Position numbers and translations under genes: made by a program
In this document: positions 14,130 through 28,376 of the stretch, in pieces
How the letters are laid out: each line of letters begins with the position of its first letter
How positions within the stretch are numbered: position 1 is the stretch's first letter
Assembly (NCBI RefSeq): GCF_006345805.1
Contig: NC_043000.1
Span: forward strand, 44,330,001 to 44,394,000
Reading direction: 5' to 3'
DNA: 64,000 nt
From: Octopus sinensis
Taxonomy: Eukaryota
The notes under the pieces: generated by a model
What the model was told of the DNA's origin: nothing
Database searches by the model: none
The model's input: only the letters and a program-made list of their open reading frames with translations

Positions 14130-14445
14130 AGCTCTCGAAGAAATATGGCGACTCATCTGCCACTGGCAACTTCAAAACATATATACCAATAGAAACACAA
14201 TGAGAACAACAGAAACAACATTACTAGCAACAATTATATAACATTCTTATTTAGGCATATGATCGGCAATTTTGAGAGGAGTGGTCGATAACGTGAAATC
14301 CAGTACAAGATTTATTTTATTGACCACATATGGAAGAAAGGCAAAGTTGTCCACGGTCCACAGGAGGATGTGCACTGAAGTCGTAAAGAAGCGGAAGATA
14401 TATAGGAATATATATTTTCCAAAGCTCCTGTGATTGTGCCAATTT
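14130..14445 (+). mobile_element. Possible 3' relic of an RLE-type non-LTR retrotransposon preceding an (AAT)n tail
   Basis: Weak C-terminal resemblance (RRMCTEVVKKRKIYRNIY) directly before (AAT)n. Confidence 0.3.
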
Positions 14446-14454
14446 AATGATATA

Positions 14455-14477
14455 TTAATAATAATAATAATATTAAC

Positions 14478-14508
<31 letters not shown>

Positions 14509-14555
14509 GTAATGATAATAATAATGATAATAATAATAATAATAATAATAATAAT

Positions 14556-14623
<68 letters not shown>

Positions 14624-14729
14624 CGAAGAAGATGACCATTAACCACAATAATGCTGATGATGGTGAGACTAAAACAACAAGAACAGCAATTGCAACAACA
14701 GTAACAACAACAACAACAACAGCAGCAAC

Positions 14730-14763
<34 letters not shown>

Positions 14764-14766
14764 TTG

Positions 14767-14844
<78 letters not shown>

Positions 14845-14845
14845 C
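14455..14845. repeat. (AAT)n/(AAC)n trinucleotide microsatellite (also 38590-38680)
   Basis: Directly visible; gives the poly-Ile ORFs. Confidence 0.95.
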
Positions 14846-15328
14846 CATTACTTATTACTACTATTACTTTCAACGCTATTTCCTTATCATTCCCATTCAT
14901 AGTACGACTTCACTCGCCATCAAAACTAGCTACCAAGCACTATCACAGAACTACATTAAAACCGTCAATATTTTCTCCCTATAGGATAATGCGTTAACTA
15001 TTTTTTTTATTTTCACAATATCTAGTGCGTTATAGATTATTCCCTTTTGATATCAACAGCTTTGATGTATACAAATGCTAAACAGATACAATCAGACATG
15101 CCATTTCTTTTGTCACGAGATTCTGTTTAATGCTCTTGCAGTGTTTTAATCAGGAAGTTTGACATCCATCTAGTATATTTATGGATATCTATGCGTATGT
15201 TTCCATGTGTGCGTGTGCGTGTGCGTATGCACTGCCTTTTTTTATTCAACAATATTTTTTTTATATTCTACTTATTCTTTTGCTAACATAGAAAGCCAAT
15301 ATCCTATTTCCAATTTTTCCATTCACAC

Positions 15329-15414
<86 letters not shown>

Positions 15415-15442
15415 CATATATACATATATAATATATATATAT

Positions 15443-15486
<44 letters not shown>

Positions 15487-15549
15487 ATATATATCATATA
15501 TACATATATATATATATAGAGAGAGAGAGGGAGATACATGTGTGCATGT

Positions 15550-15604
<55 letters not shown>

Positions 15605-15689
15605 TACATATATGTGTCTCTGTACGTGTGTTTGTGCGTAGGGATTTTTTTCCATTGTGGGTATTTGTCGTTTGTTCCGAGTACTTTAG

Positions 15690-15728
15690 TTGTCAACGGA
15701 TTAACCTATGACAAAATGAGTTCACCTT
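15690..15728 (+). CDS. Candidate 39-nt symmetric phase-1 exon ([13 protein letters not shown])
   Basis: tactttag| acceptor, CTT|gtaagt donor, the other two frames contain stops. Confidence 0.35.
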
Positions 15729-16458
15729 GTAAGTTTCTCGTTACCCTGATTTTCTTTCAGACATTTTGCAAGTACAATAATGTTTTCCAAAACGTACATC
15801 GTTTTGTGAAATCGTGTTACTTATATATGAGAGAGATTTTAATTATATTTTTGATAGATCGCGCGGCTATTTACAAGCGCGAGGCCAGACGTTCATAGCG
15901 ATTAAATTTAACGAGGAATCCCAATTAAAATTCGCCAAACTTGATTAAATGAAAAGTTATTTACCTACAGAAATTATATTTGGTTTTGTCACAGAATTCG
16001 GTACTTTTATTATGTTGGACTTTTAGCACAAACATAAATACTTCTACTTTTTCCTGATGCTTTGTAACACAAAAGTTAATACTGGCAAGATTTTAAATCA
16101 AAAGATGTGAAGTAGTAATTAGATATTATACGGCACTGTATAATACAGTTAGCAATGCTCTATAAACTCTGATTTGGATGAAAAAGAAATTCAATATTAA
16201 TGATACATAAAATTATAATATACATAAATATGCTTTAATAAATGTTGTTCGTTTGTTTTACTCATAAGAATTTCTTAATAGTTCTTGGCATTTTTCATAA
16301 CAATGCAAGAACGTAAGTACGACATATATGTATACATAACATATATGTATATATATCACATATTCCCACTCATAATACTACTTGGAATAACTCTTATTGG
16401 CATTTCACTGATAAAGTAATTTTTTGGAAGTACATAAAGTAATTTTTTTTTATTTCAG

Positions 16459-16542
16459 TGAAAGTAGAGAAAGCAAACAAATTAATGCTTCAAAAAGTAT
16501 ACAATATTGCAAAGCCCAATATTCAACGAACGAAACAAAGTG
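16459..16542 (+). CDS. Candidate exon (xKVEKANKLMLQKVYNIAKPNIQRTKQS); 3' boundary and frame uncertain
   Basis: Strong acceptor ttttttttttatttcag|; donor weak (G|gtttgt); a second frame is also open. Confidence 0.28.
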
Positions 16543-18249
16543 GTTTGTAAAAAATATCAGTACACAGATTAGTATAATTTCTGATAACATTGAAAGACGA
16601 ATGTTAATATATGTTAAATTCATCTTATAACTTCAGATTCTTGCTAATTTATGGGCTCAAATAAGTTAAAAGGCTGAAAATATAATCATCTGTTGACTCA
16701 GAGATTGAACACCCAAATCATAACAACAAAATTTAACCCACTAGAAGAATAGTACGTGAGTTAGTAACTGGTTATAAATATCCACTTATTCTACTACAGA
16801 CGTATATAACCTTCATCCGAGATCAATTACATCGATTTAACAGCTAAAACATAAATTTGAAAGGATCAGAAATGTTTCGAATATAAGTTGTTCTCGGACG
16901 ACGTTTGCCTGATTTAAAAGATAGGAAATTCGACTATCATATTTTCAAAATATTAAACAAATATTGTAATTCAAATGCCAAGTTTAAATATTGCAAGAAT
17001 ATATAAATTTGATATGTATTTGACGACAAAAAAGATAATTTCTTATGAAATATCAAAGGAATGTATCTCCATCAAAATCCATTTTTTGAGGCAGCGCAAT
17101 TTTACAGTTATCATAAAGAGACAATGATACAGAAATAGCCATTCTTTTCTACGTTTTATATGCTGAGGAAAATAGGTTGATCACATTTTTTCCCACAATG
17201 TTATATCGGTAGATTTCTGTTTAAATTCCGTCATGGAGTCAATAAATCCACCTATTCAATTATAATACACGAAAGAACATATATTTCATAAACATACACT
17301 CATATTTTTCAATAGTGCGGTGATCAAATTTTGCCTCTACCAAATTACACCTAATGGTCTTCAAATGAGCATTTATTTACTATTAAATTTTCATGCAGAA
17401 ATTTGTATGGATTTCTTGCAGATACAATTTTATGTCATAATGCAGCTAAATTCTTTCAGCTATTTTTATATAACTACATTCTTATATATTTTTGTAGCCT
17501 CATAAATTATTCCTGTTAGACTATGCAGCCTTGAGGAACTTCGATATGACAGCTTCGATTTCTGGAGTTAATACTGAATGCGAAATTTCACGCACATTCT
17601 GTATTGCGTTCTGTATATTTAATGAATGAATTTAATTAATATTTCGGGTCTGTCACACCTAATCTTTTTGATATAATACAGTACTTATTCCATCACTAAA
17701 TATGCATGTTTAAGTCGTTAAAATTACTTGGTTGAATTATGCCAGCGCCAACCTTTCTTGAACGGAAGAGATACACAAAAGGCATTCTGTTATGTAACGG
17801 ACCTGGATAGCATGATAAGGACTTTTTTGCGTATATAGGAGATAAACTGTCCTATATAAACAAACAGTTATGTCGTCCCGTATAATGATAGAAAAGTTCA
17901 TAGATAACGTCAGTAATAGGATATCTAATCCGTGCTCCTCTACTGAAATATTTGATAAGGCAGCGTCCCTAATATAACAATGACCATGTTAATAGGGGAT
18001 TCAACGTTATATGATATTGCAAACTTTCATGTAAAACTATTAAACCTAAAAATAGACATAAAACTAGACCTACGAAATTAATATGGTTCTCGGTCATTTG
18101 TCCTTACATGTTAAAATTAACGTAGCTGTTCAATGAATGTATTGTATAGATGCTGTCTTAGAAGGTAAAACATTACAACTTGTAAGCATCATCAAAACCC
18201 TACTCGCAGACTTACTGGCCGAGGCCCTGAAGCTTTCTCACTTGACCAG

Positions 18250-18640
18250 GATTGTATGATGATAAATTTCGTCGTCTATGAAGCAGAAGTCATAACAACG
18301 GTTCAAGATAACGTAACTGAAGAGAAATATTATATAGGTTTATACGAAAGCCATTTCACACAACGTTATTCCCAGTAACAGTCTTCGTTCTGGAATACCG
18401 ACGAAAGGGAAAGCCACTAAGTTGGCTAACTACGTACAGAGTTTGAAAACCCGTTACCACACCATATAACCAATCACAAAATCATACAGAAATCTATGCC
18501 ATATGTAATTGGAACTAAGAAACGCAACTAATGTGAAGCTGAAATATCACACATACATTTTAGATCCAAGAATTCTACTACTCTACTTGATTCCAGATAC
18601 GAAACTTCCAGCAAATGTAAGTATGTGGAAAATTTTATTG
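18250..18640 (+). mobile_element. Old Penelope-like element, GIY-YIG endonuclease relic (probably extends to ~17750)
   Basis: VVYEAEV...EKYYIGLYESHFTQRY, ATKLANYVQSLK, IIQKSMPY, TLLDSRYETSSKCKY match the Penelope GIY-YIG pattern. Confidence 0.65.
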
Positions 18641-18899
18641 GATGAAATGTAGTACAGAACTCTTTCTAAATTGAGCTGCTGTGTTGCATTCTTTGAACTC
18701 GTCTCTATTGAAATATTTTACAACTAATTTAATTATGCCGTCTACAGTCAATGGAGTAGTAATTCTAACTTTCTTTCTCTTTCTTTTTCCATTTTCTTTA
18801 CACTTCCAGTTTTTGCTTACACCCTTCTCGTTTAATCAAGTGGTGTCTCTAGTACTAGCGTCCTGACTTTGCCTAGCCAAAGAAAACATTAGTAGTAAT

Positions 18900-20480
18900 G
18901 AGTAACAGAGTGGCACAGAGCGCCCTCAAAGCCGCATTTCAGCGTCTGACATCTGGGGGAGAGGTGCATGTTACTAGATTTCAAGAAAAAAATACCAATT
19001 CTGCTAACAGGATGTGATACTGCTGCGGAAAAAGGACCCTAACGAGGGGAATTTTAACAACTTCAAATCTAATGGAGATTTGAAAACATTGGTCGAAGTT
19101 TTAGCAACGATATATGCGTTTTTTGCCAATACGCTGGATAGTACAGTAGTGAGTTCTGCCATGCGCAAAACATCTATCCAGAAACATCCACTTCAGTCAA
19201 TACATCATTGTAAAGGTGGTAAAATTCCTGGTATGGTGAAGGATTTAATCAGTTTATACCATGAGAGAGTCTTCAATAACTACGATCATCCATATTTTGC
19301 GGCTGTACTGAAGACGGCTAGTTTCGGTTACTTCTTCAGATGTAACATCACTGCAACTTGTATCTTCATTTTCTAGTTGGTCAGAGTAAATTACCACTTG
19401 CCGGAGTTCTTCAGTATCATAACATCAGTTCGTCAAGAGCGTCCTTTCTCTGCTATTTCTGCAGATGAAGGCTTCGACGGGAGGCCCACCAAAACTAAGA
19501 TGTGGAATATCTGGGGTTACCTATGAGGACGATGTGAGAGATTCATAGCATGCAGCAGCATCGCATGAACGTAGATGGGCGGATAGTTAAATTTCTATGG
19601 ATTTCGATTTGTGCAGGTCTCCAGTTGGACAAAAACGTAGGACGATCACAGTGAGGATGTGAGTGACTAGTCTAACACGGAAATCTGCTAAGAAGAGACT
19701 ATCCTACATGAGTGAATGTGGTGAATGTCTTTATCAATCCATCATGTATTTCCGCTTGGGCGTCCTACTCCATTAGCAACCTTCATAGAACTCTGCTCCT
19801 GCACTGTACGTTCAGAGAACGTATCTCGCTTTTCCGGTGTTCCATCTGCTCTCAGCATTTCCTTTGTGGAGAGTTAGTTGACCATGTGCTAATATGTCCT
19901 GAGGCAATGGCAATTCTAGGAAGGTCAACAAAGCGGTAGAACTGTTTGTTAGATACGTTTTTATGCAGCTTGTCTCTTTCAAAATAATGCAGTCCTGGAT
20001 CAAACATAGACTAAGGTAGGGTTCTTGGCACATTTGTGCAGTCAGATGCTCATAGTCTTCCGTAAATCAGGCTGGGCAGTCGGTGAATATTCGACCACGG
20101 CATTCATTTTATAGAGAGTTAGTAGTGAGTAAATTCAATGGCGTATTCAGAGCAACTTTGGGTGTCGATGAAAATCGACTGGACTTTCCCACATGATTTA
20201 ATGAGTTGGGGACAATATATAAATTCAAAACGTTTTTGGCCTGGCAGTGTAATCGGATACCTTGCCGGTTCGGGATAATATTTACGATCATGAGTAGCCG
20301 GTCAGCAGTGCTTGCCCGAGATAGTGCAGTGCAACCAATCCTCCTTGTAAGTGCTCATACAGTACCTGGTCATAAGTGCCTGTGGATATATGTCCTACGG
20401 CTACTGTCATGATAAGACGGGCTGCATTTGGCGAACTCCGCTGTAAAGATCGCCCGTAAATATCTTTGTATGGAAAGTGC
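18900..20480 (+). mobile_element. L1/Tx1-clade LINE ORF2 relic (RT to C-terminal CPR motif)
   Basis: LLRKKDPNEGN..., DLKTLVEVLA, FNNYDHPYFAAVLKTASFG, SVRQ, GVTYEDDV (YADD), CPR near 20314. Confidence 0.8.
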
Positions 20481-20945
20481 TAGCAGCTTTCTACCATCTC
20501 TGAGTGTTCACAAAAAAAGATTATGCGGTGGAGATGGTGAAAGAGCTGGAGATCAGACATTTTCACTTCAGTCAATCATTCATAAAATATGTAAAATTTT
20601 CACTTGAAATGAAAGTGATAGTTACTTGTATGTGTTGTCTCCCGGTTAATTTTCATAAAGGTTCGGCAATTATTGCACCATTGACCCGACCGAGTGAACA
20701 TAAATAAAGCTGTCCTTTGTAGGCTTACGATCACGAAGGAGAGTGATCAGTTGCTATGATGAGCAGTAGGGTATCGTAACTGCATCTATTTGGGATTTTC
20801 TTTAATACACTTATTAGTTAATTGTTAATGTATATATTATTTTACAAGAGTCGATGTAAATTCTCACTGCTTATTGCTTTGAAATATTTAGTTAGCTTTA
20901 CGCTGATCTTCTGGCCCATAAGGACTCGTTATTAATACTGGATCA

Positions 20946-22000
20946 CAGTTTGGCACAAGGCCAGTATTTTCGTGGAAAGCATTACTTCAATTACATCCAG
21001 TGCAGTGTTCCACTGGTACTTCTTTCATCGAACCTCAAAGTATGTAGTTCAAAGTCGACCACGGCGGAATTTAATCTCGGAACATAAAGACGAACGAAAT
21101 GACGCTAAGCTTTTTCTTTGGTGTGCTAACAGTTCTGCCTGCTCGTCGCCTTTATTTATTAATTTTGCTCTTCAAACTGAAAACAGGGAGCTGGCAGAAT
21201 CGGTAGCACGCCGGAAAAAATAACATGCTTAGCGGCCTTTCGTTCTTCTTTTCTTTATGAATTAACATTCTGCCGAGATCAACTTTGCCTTTCATCATTT
21301 CGGAATCGGTAAAATAAGTACCAGTTGAGCACTGAAAACGATGCAATTGACTTATCCTATTCCCTCGACCTCGCTGGTCTTTTACCAAATTTTGAAATCA
21401 ATAGCCGTTCCAAATTTCGGTCAAGGCTAGCAATTTCGGGGGTGAGTGCGAGTCTATTACATCGACCCCAGGGTTCCACTGGTACGTATTTCATCGACCC
21501 AGAAGAAAAGAAAAGGCAAAACAGACATCAGCGGAATGTGGATTCAGAACGTAAAGAACTTATTGTTAATATTACTTTTTATGATAATGTAGTGAGTAGC
21601 CAATATCGTTATCACGCCGGAGAAATGCTTAGCTGCGTTTCTTCCGACGTTACACTCTGAGTTCAAATATCACAGGGGCCGACTTTGTCTTCATTCTTTA
21701 GGTGTCGATAAAGTGAGTAATATTTGAATAGCGGGATTGATATAATCGACTTAAGCCCTCTCACGAACTTACTGGTCTTATGCCCAAATACGGGACGAAA
21801 ATTACAATTTACGTTAAGGCAGTGAGCTGGTAAATTCGTTAGCACATCTGACAAAAGGCTTAGCACAATTTCGTCCGTCTTTACGTTCTGAGTTAAAATT
21901 CCACTGAGGTCGACTTTGCCTTTCATTTGAATGGGATCGAAAAAAAATTAAGTTCGAGTTGAACACTGGAATCAGTGTAATCGTCTAGCCCCATTTCAAC
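20946..22000. mobile_element. Cluster of five tRNA-derived SINE copies (-,+,-,+,+) with a Meta-like core
   Basis: Sense copies read ggagctggcagaatcg (A box), gttctgagtt(c/a)aa (B box), gactttgcctttcatc...ataaaataagtaccagtt. Approx. 20946-21150(-), 21185-21395(+), 21420-21620(-), 21625-21790(+), 21813-22000(+). Confidence 0.8.
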
Positions 22001-22737
22001 GAACTTGCTGCTCTTGTGCAAAAATTAATTATATCTAGTGTGTGTGTAGGTGTGTATACAAGACTTGTTGAATCTTCCTTCCATGCAAGAGAAATGGTAT
22101 ATATCGCGATTCCACTTTGATTTTTCGAATCAGAATATGTGTGATCAGAATAGAAGGAGAATAAAAGTTATTGCTGGAAGCACACATTTACAACATATTC
22201 TCCTTTATAATGCATACCAAATACAATTTTGTTTCGTATCTAATAAGTACAATACAGAAAGTATTAGAATAAGTTGCAGAGAATGTCATATTTATAAATC
22301 CGCGTCTATCTGTAAGACAGACAGACATATTGTGGCAGAATAACAAAAGGCATTAATATATTCCCAGCACAAAATACTATGCACGAATTTTCATAACCGA
22401 CGCCTACCTTCCATCTCACTGCTTACTAACCTTTTTAGCATCCCAAATCCTATTTCGGTTGTTAACAAGCAACAAAGGAAATAAACAACTGAGAGGTGAA
22501 AGCCAAAGAAAGGAAATAAAATAATGACTATACTCTAACAATCTACCTCTGAACTAAATATATGGCATAACGGTTTTCATTAGTTTCATGAAAAGATACA
22601 AAATTTCGGCAGCTCTATAGATTTCAGTGTAATGATAGGGATTTTTTTTCTTACAGGAAAATGTATAACGGTTTTCTATACATGTGCACTTTACAATAAC
22701 TCTCGACTGCACACAAACGCTCACACGCAATAATACA

Positions 22738-22842
<105 letters not shown>

Positions 22843-25800
22843 CAATTACATTACACACACATACACATATGTGGATGCAAATATATATGTGTGTGTGTAT
22901 TAGCATACATCGATGCCTATGTGTGGATACATACATGCATATGTATGTGAATATAAATATGTGTATCTATATACATATGCATATTTATATGTATTACACA
23001 TAACCATGTACTAATATTTATCTGCATATATAAAAATTATATATATGTGTATGTTCTATGCACACACACGCACACACATACACACAGACATACACACATA
23101 TATACATAAATATGCGTACACACGTATGTAAATATTAAAAATGATCAATGTGTAGTTTGTGTTTATGTCTGTGAGTAGGTGCATATAATATAGAAATATA
23201 TCCTTTGATATGAATATTATTAAAAGAAAATGATTTTATAGACGTTTTCTTATTTTCATTGTTGACGTTATGGCTTATAGGAATGTTTACGAAGAAAGAA
23301 ATAAAAAATAATTACAAAATGAATATCATCCAAATACGTCTGGGTAAGCAGTGTATGTGCATATGCTGTGTATATTATTTGTCTTGGAGAGATGGATGCG
23401 TATAAGGTTATTGTGCCTGCATCAGTTTGTGTGTGCGTATGTATATACGTAGGTAACTAAAGATCCGCATATTTACATTAATCCATACAGTGAACTACTC
23501 AGATATCCTCATATTCAGAATAAAACGTGTGTCTATGTATGAATGTATATATGTATGTATTTATGTATGTGTATATATCCATGTATGTATGTCAATATAC
23601 GTATGCATATCCAAAGAGTCAGATATACATGAAAAACTATGATAAACAGAAGGGTTCGTAGGAACCTATTTAATATTTATGTTAAATATTTCATGTATCT
23701 ATTAACGCGAAAATATCAATCCTTTTTGTTATGTGAGTGAATGATAAAATGTAGTAACTTTTAAGTTAAAAAATATGCGACGGGTAAAGAAGTTTTATGA
23801 GTGAAATCCTATCTCTACTTACATTTGTACCGTGTATCTCTATGTAAATCTTTTGTATAATTTTAATAAAGTAATTTGAAAATTTAAAACACTTGAAGTG
23901 CAAATGCATCACTAGTGCAATTATTGATGCGGTTTTCGCTGTTTTAATCACATTAGATGAAGACGTGTTAGAAACTCTGTAAACATACGTCAAGTGTAGG
24001 TCTCTATGAGATTCGATCTAGTAATTTCAATGCTTTATCTTGTTGCTAATCAACCAGGATAATAGAGAACTAACTTGATTGTTTTGTAAATTGACGCACT
24101 GGACAAGGCTTCCAAAGTAAACAAATATTTGTTTTCAAATATACATTGTGATGATGCCTCTAAGCCTGTTGCTTTTGATGGCCAACTAGCAAGAGAACGA
24201 GATGGCAGGAAATTATATGGTGAAATTTCTGTTTCGATACTACTCACTCAAGAGCAATAGAAAAAAAACCATGCACAGTAACAACAAAATCAATAGTGAC
24301 AACAGTAATAATAAAATAAAACAGCGTTAACAGAAGTAAGAGCAACACAATCTACCAGAGCCATAGTAAATATATTTTCAACATAGTAGCAGCGCAACGC
24401 GGCCGTCGCCGAATTCATTTATCGCTGCCTGAAACACTGTAGCACCAAATATAGTAATAGTAAAGGAACCATTTCTGTTACATAATGGATAAAGAAAAGC
24501 AGGACCATCAAAGTTAACACAGCAACGGAGCAATTGCAATTCAAATTAGTGTTGAATATTTGCCTTTTGTCGGTTTTGTTAAGATCGTGTCCGGAAGAAA
24601 GTGCTGTGTTTTCTTCAGTATAAACTTGTTTTCGTATCTATTGATATGTTCCTCAGCTCTGTCAATGAATACACGTTTTAGTCCAACGACGCATAATCGA
24701 ATAGTTTTAAAATGTTAGCAAATATGCAAATTGATTGGTGTGCACTCTTGCTGATGTTTTTGTTACCTTTGTTGATGACGACGTCATTGCTTCCTTCTAG
24801 TATGACTGAAGGGGATCACCTGTTACTAATATACTTGTTGTTACAATGTCTAAAGCGATTGCAGTTTCAGCAAATGTGATGGAAGTGACAGCTGCAAAAA
24901 TAGTGGCAGTAACTACAGCGATAATAACAACAGCATTAGCGCTGAAACAATCATGACAAAGACTCAAATCCACAAACGCTAGAACATCATTTGTATGCGT
25001 GTAAATAACAGTAGCAGAAAATTCTAAATCAACGCCTAAATTAACAGCCGAAGCACAAAATGTCCACCCCACCTTTTCAAAGCAAATGAACGTAATATAG
25101 CTAACGAAACTGACGGAAAAGAATCTAATCTGTCCCACAACAGGGATAAAGAACAACATACGTCAGCAAAAGTGATGAAAGCACTGAAAGAACGTGATAT
25201 ATCTTTAAACAATAGAAGACTAACACCATCAAACTATAAACAGCAACCTGAATAAGAGTGTCAATGAATACTACACAAATCGAAGAAGACATGTATGATT
25301 CATAAACACTGTTTTGTTGAGTGCGATGGGCTGAATTGTAGGATATATTTCTACATCTACTTCAAAGGATTGCCGCGACACTCTACACAAACTCGTCTAA
25401 TACCTAAGTATCTCTCATAAATAAGTTAATTTCAAACAGGCATTATCAGAAATAGGGTGGCTATAGCTATTAACTAAGTCAATTTGAAGCCCATCACTCT
25501 GAAATATTTTGCCCGGAGTGGACAGGAGATCTTTAACATGTCTAGTAGTTTTGAAGAAAAAGGTTGTGTAGTGGATAAGAATGAAGTTGACGTTCACACG
25601 TTCAGTTATCTTGTGCTCAGCTCTATGAACCAACGCTAATCAATTTTTTGTTTTGTTGTTTTTTGAATAAAGAGTTCAGATGTTGCTACTAAAATAGCAA
25701 ATGAATTTTCGCGCAGAACCTCTTTATTTGGCTTCGATAGAGTTTCCTGTGCAAGACTTGTAAACTAACTCTGTTTGCATCCTCAACATGCACGCATTTG

Positions 25801-26174
25801 TAGCTACCTGCAGGTACATATGCACATACACTTGTGAATTTGTTCTTCGGTTTAATGAAGTTCTATATTTATGTGGTTGAAAATGGATGCTATTTTTATT
25901 AGAAAGTCAGATGAATCCTTAACAAGAGATGATTTGAATTACCATTAGAAGTAATGCTCTGAATAATGTATGTCCCACAAATAGGATTTTTAAAGTTCTT
26001 ATGGTGAATATGTAAATACTTCCAGTGGTGTCTTACGAATTATCCTCATTGTGCAGCACATGAAATACAGCATACGGAGCGGTACCACCATACACGAAAA
26101 CATAACGTCCATACATATATGCGGACACACACAAATGTGCAAACGTGCACATCGCACTGTATATATATATATAT

Positions 26175-26206
<32 letters not shown>

Positions 26207-26949
26207 GAGAGAGAGAGAGAGAGAGAGAGACAACGAATGGAAATTTGTAACAAAACCCTAAATTCATGTTGGTAACATTTAAATATAGGGTAAACTAAAA
26301 TTAGAAATAAAAATAATCTTGATATTTGAATAAAACAAATTCGTTTATTGTTGTAACAGTATATCGTAATAAAAACAGATACTGTTTCACTTTCTTTGTA
26401 TCATATTCGTAACTGCCAAAAGCCATACGCAAGAAGGTAATATAATCTATAATGATACATGCTGATTTGGATGGATATAACTGTGCATGTTAGAGAGTGG
26501 CTGCATTTCAATATTGTAATAATGCGACAAGATGATTTTTCGGACCATACGAATTGTATGTAATTATTTCATTCATCAGTGATAAATTGAAATCTGTATT
26601 AATACACTTAACGCTAGCGTTTATGAAGATGATAGTGAAATCAATTCTATCAACATAAATAGACGTAAGCAGATCAATTGAGATATAATTAGTGTTTTAA
26701 GGAAGATGTTCTTAATAGATGTACGTTTAATATAAGTAACATAAACGAGAGGGTTCGCCATAATGACATTTGCTTTTGTTAAATCATTTTCACCTATTTT
26801 GCCCTCCACATTTCATTTCGTTGTTGCTGAAGGAAAACATCCATGTCGTAATAATAATTTTTTGGATAAAAGGAAATTCTCTATATCTCATTGGATGTGA
26901 ACATTAAAGTGTGTGATAAATATCGTACTGGGGTTATAAATACTTAGGA

Positions 26950-28376
26950 CTAGCAATGCACCCCGGCGTTGCCTGCGTGTTATAACCTACATTCACATTG
27001 TATTATTTGCTCCTTTCCTATGGGCAAAATCGGCACACGAGGAGTATGAAGTACACAATCGAAAAACAGTGGTAAGTTTCGGAATTAGGTGGGTAGGGGT
27101 AGAATATGTAAAAAAATAAATTTATTTATTGGACAATTGTATTAATTCCGTTATGCAGAAGACAGAATCGAAAACAATTCATGAAAATTATTAAAAATAA
27201 AAGAAGTTATGAAGGGTTTAGTACGTGTTACGATCAAAACTCCGCGAACACTTTATTTCGCAATTCGTGTTTGTGATGAGCGTATTTAAAAAAGGGATCT
27301 TCGATATAAATTTTAGAAGAATCTGTTTTAGAAATCATACAGTTAAACTGTTGTTTCTAGCATGTCGGAGGTGGTATTTGCGCCCAGCCCTTTTTTGTTC
27401 CAAAATTACTTCTGGTTCCTATGTTTTCGTTATAGGAGATTAAGATTTTGCCCCCAAAACACGTTTTCAAAATGTTTACTTCCTCCCACCTCGTCTTTGG
27501 GATTTTTTCTGTAAACCACGTCGAAAAATACAGAGATCACGGATCCCTATGAATATTTTTAAAAGCTCTTTCTTAAACAAACACTCACATCCCCTTCTCC
27601 AGCATCCACCCATCACCTCCACATATTCAAAAAGCTAAAACTTCGAATGTTTGATTTTTAGCATTTTTGGAAGCGGGGAAGTTTTTTCAGAAATAATGTT
27701 GTTTAGCTGTTGTTTCTAATATGTCAGGTTTTCTGGTGTTGGGCTGATATTTTTGACGTCTGCTATTGCAGTAGAATTGTATGCATGCGCGGAACAAACG
27801 AAAGTAAAACATTCTGAGTTTTTAGCTTTTGAAATCGGGGAGGTTAGGCGAGGTTGAGGAAGGGGCATTGAGTGTTTCTTTAAGAAAAATAAAAACAAAG
27901 AATTCCCCAGATTTGTAATCTCTGAATTTTCTACGTGAATTTTTAAAAAATAGGGAAAATGTTAAAAATTAAGAAGTTGGGTTGAGAAGTAGGGAAATTA
28001 AAAGCATAAAAACGTCATGTTTTCCATATCAGAATCATAGTTTTTGTAATTTCCCGTTGACAAATACAGTTTTGTGCATCAAAAATGCACTAAACACTCT
28101 TTGTATATTACTGCATTTTTTACACCAAAAACATTGAAATTGGCAACGTAGATTATAAATAAATCAGAATATTGCCCGAAAATGACTTCAAAATTGCGTA
28201 ACCAGACCTGGTTTACGAGGTTATTTTCGTAGTAAAAAAGAGTTGTGCAAAAAAAACTTTATATGCTAGCCGAAAGATTACTGAATCTTTTGATTCTTCA
28301 TACGTGAAAATCGGCAACCTGTTTTCGAATACTTGAAAAAAATACGCACCACACACACTGTTTTTCTTGATATCGA
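26950..28376 (-). mobile_element. Non-autonomous Helitron
   Basis: a|ctagcaatgcaccccggcgttgcctgcg = CTAG 3' end plus hairpin; other end gtgaaaatcgg...cacacacac...gatatcga|t. Confidence 0.65.

Noticed and set aside
14247-14997. 217-aa and 187-aa poly-Ile ORFs
   Set aside because: (AAT)n microsatellite on both strands.
18564-18616. Apparent exon with AAT|gtaagt donor
   Set aside because: Peptide TLLDSRYETSSKCKY is the conserved C-terminus of the Penelope GIY-YIG relic.
18861-18893. Possible hammerhead remnant after the old Penelope relic
   Set aside because: Core incomplete and no convincing stem I.
19712-19939. ORF with a CSIC...H...C zinc-finger-like pattern
   Set aside because: Lies inside the L1/Tx1 RT relic; not independent evidence of a gene.
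24050-25300. ACA/GCA-rich coding-like stretch and the 120-aa minus ORF
   Set aside because: Multiple stops, no recognisable motif; probably a decayed repeat or old ORF1.
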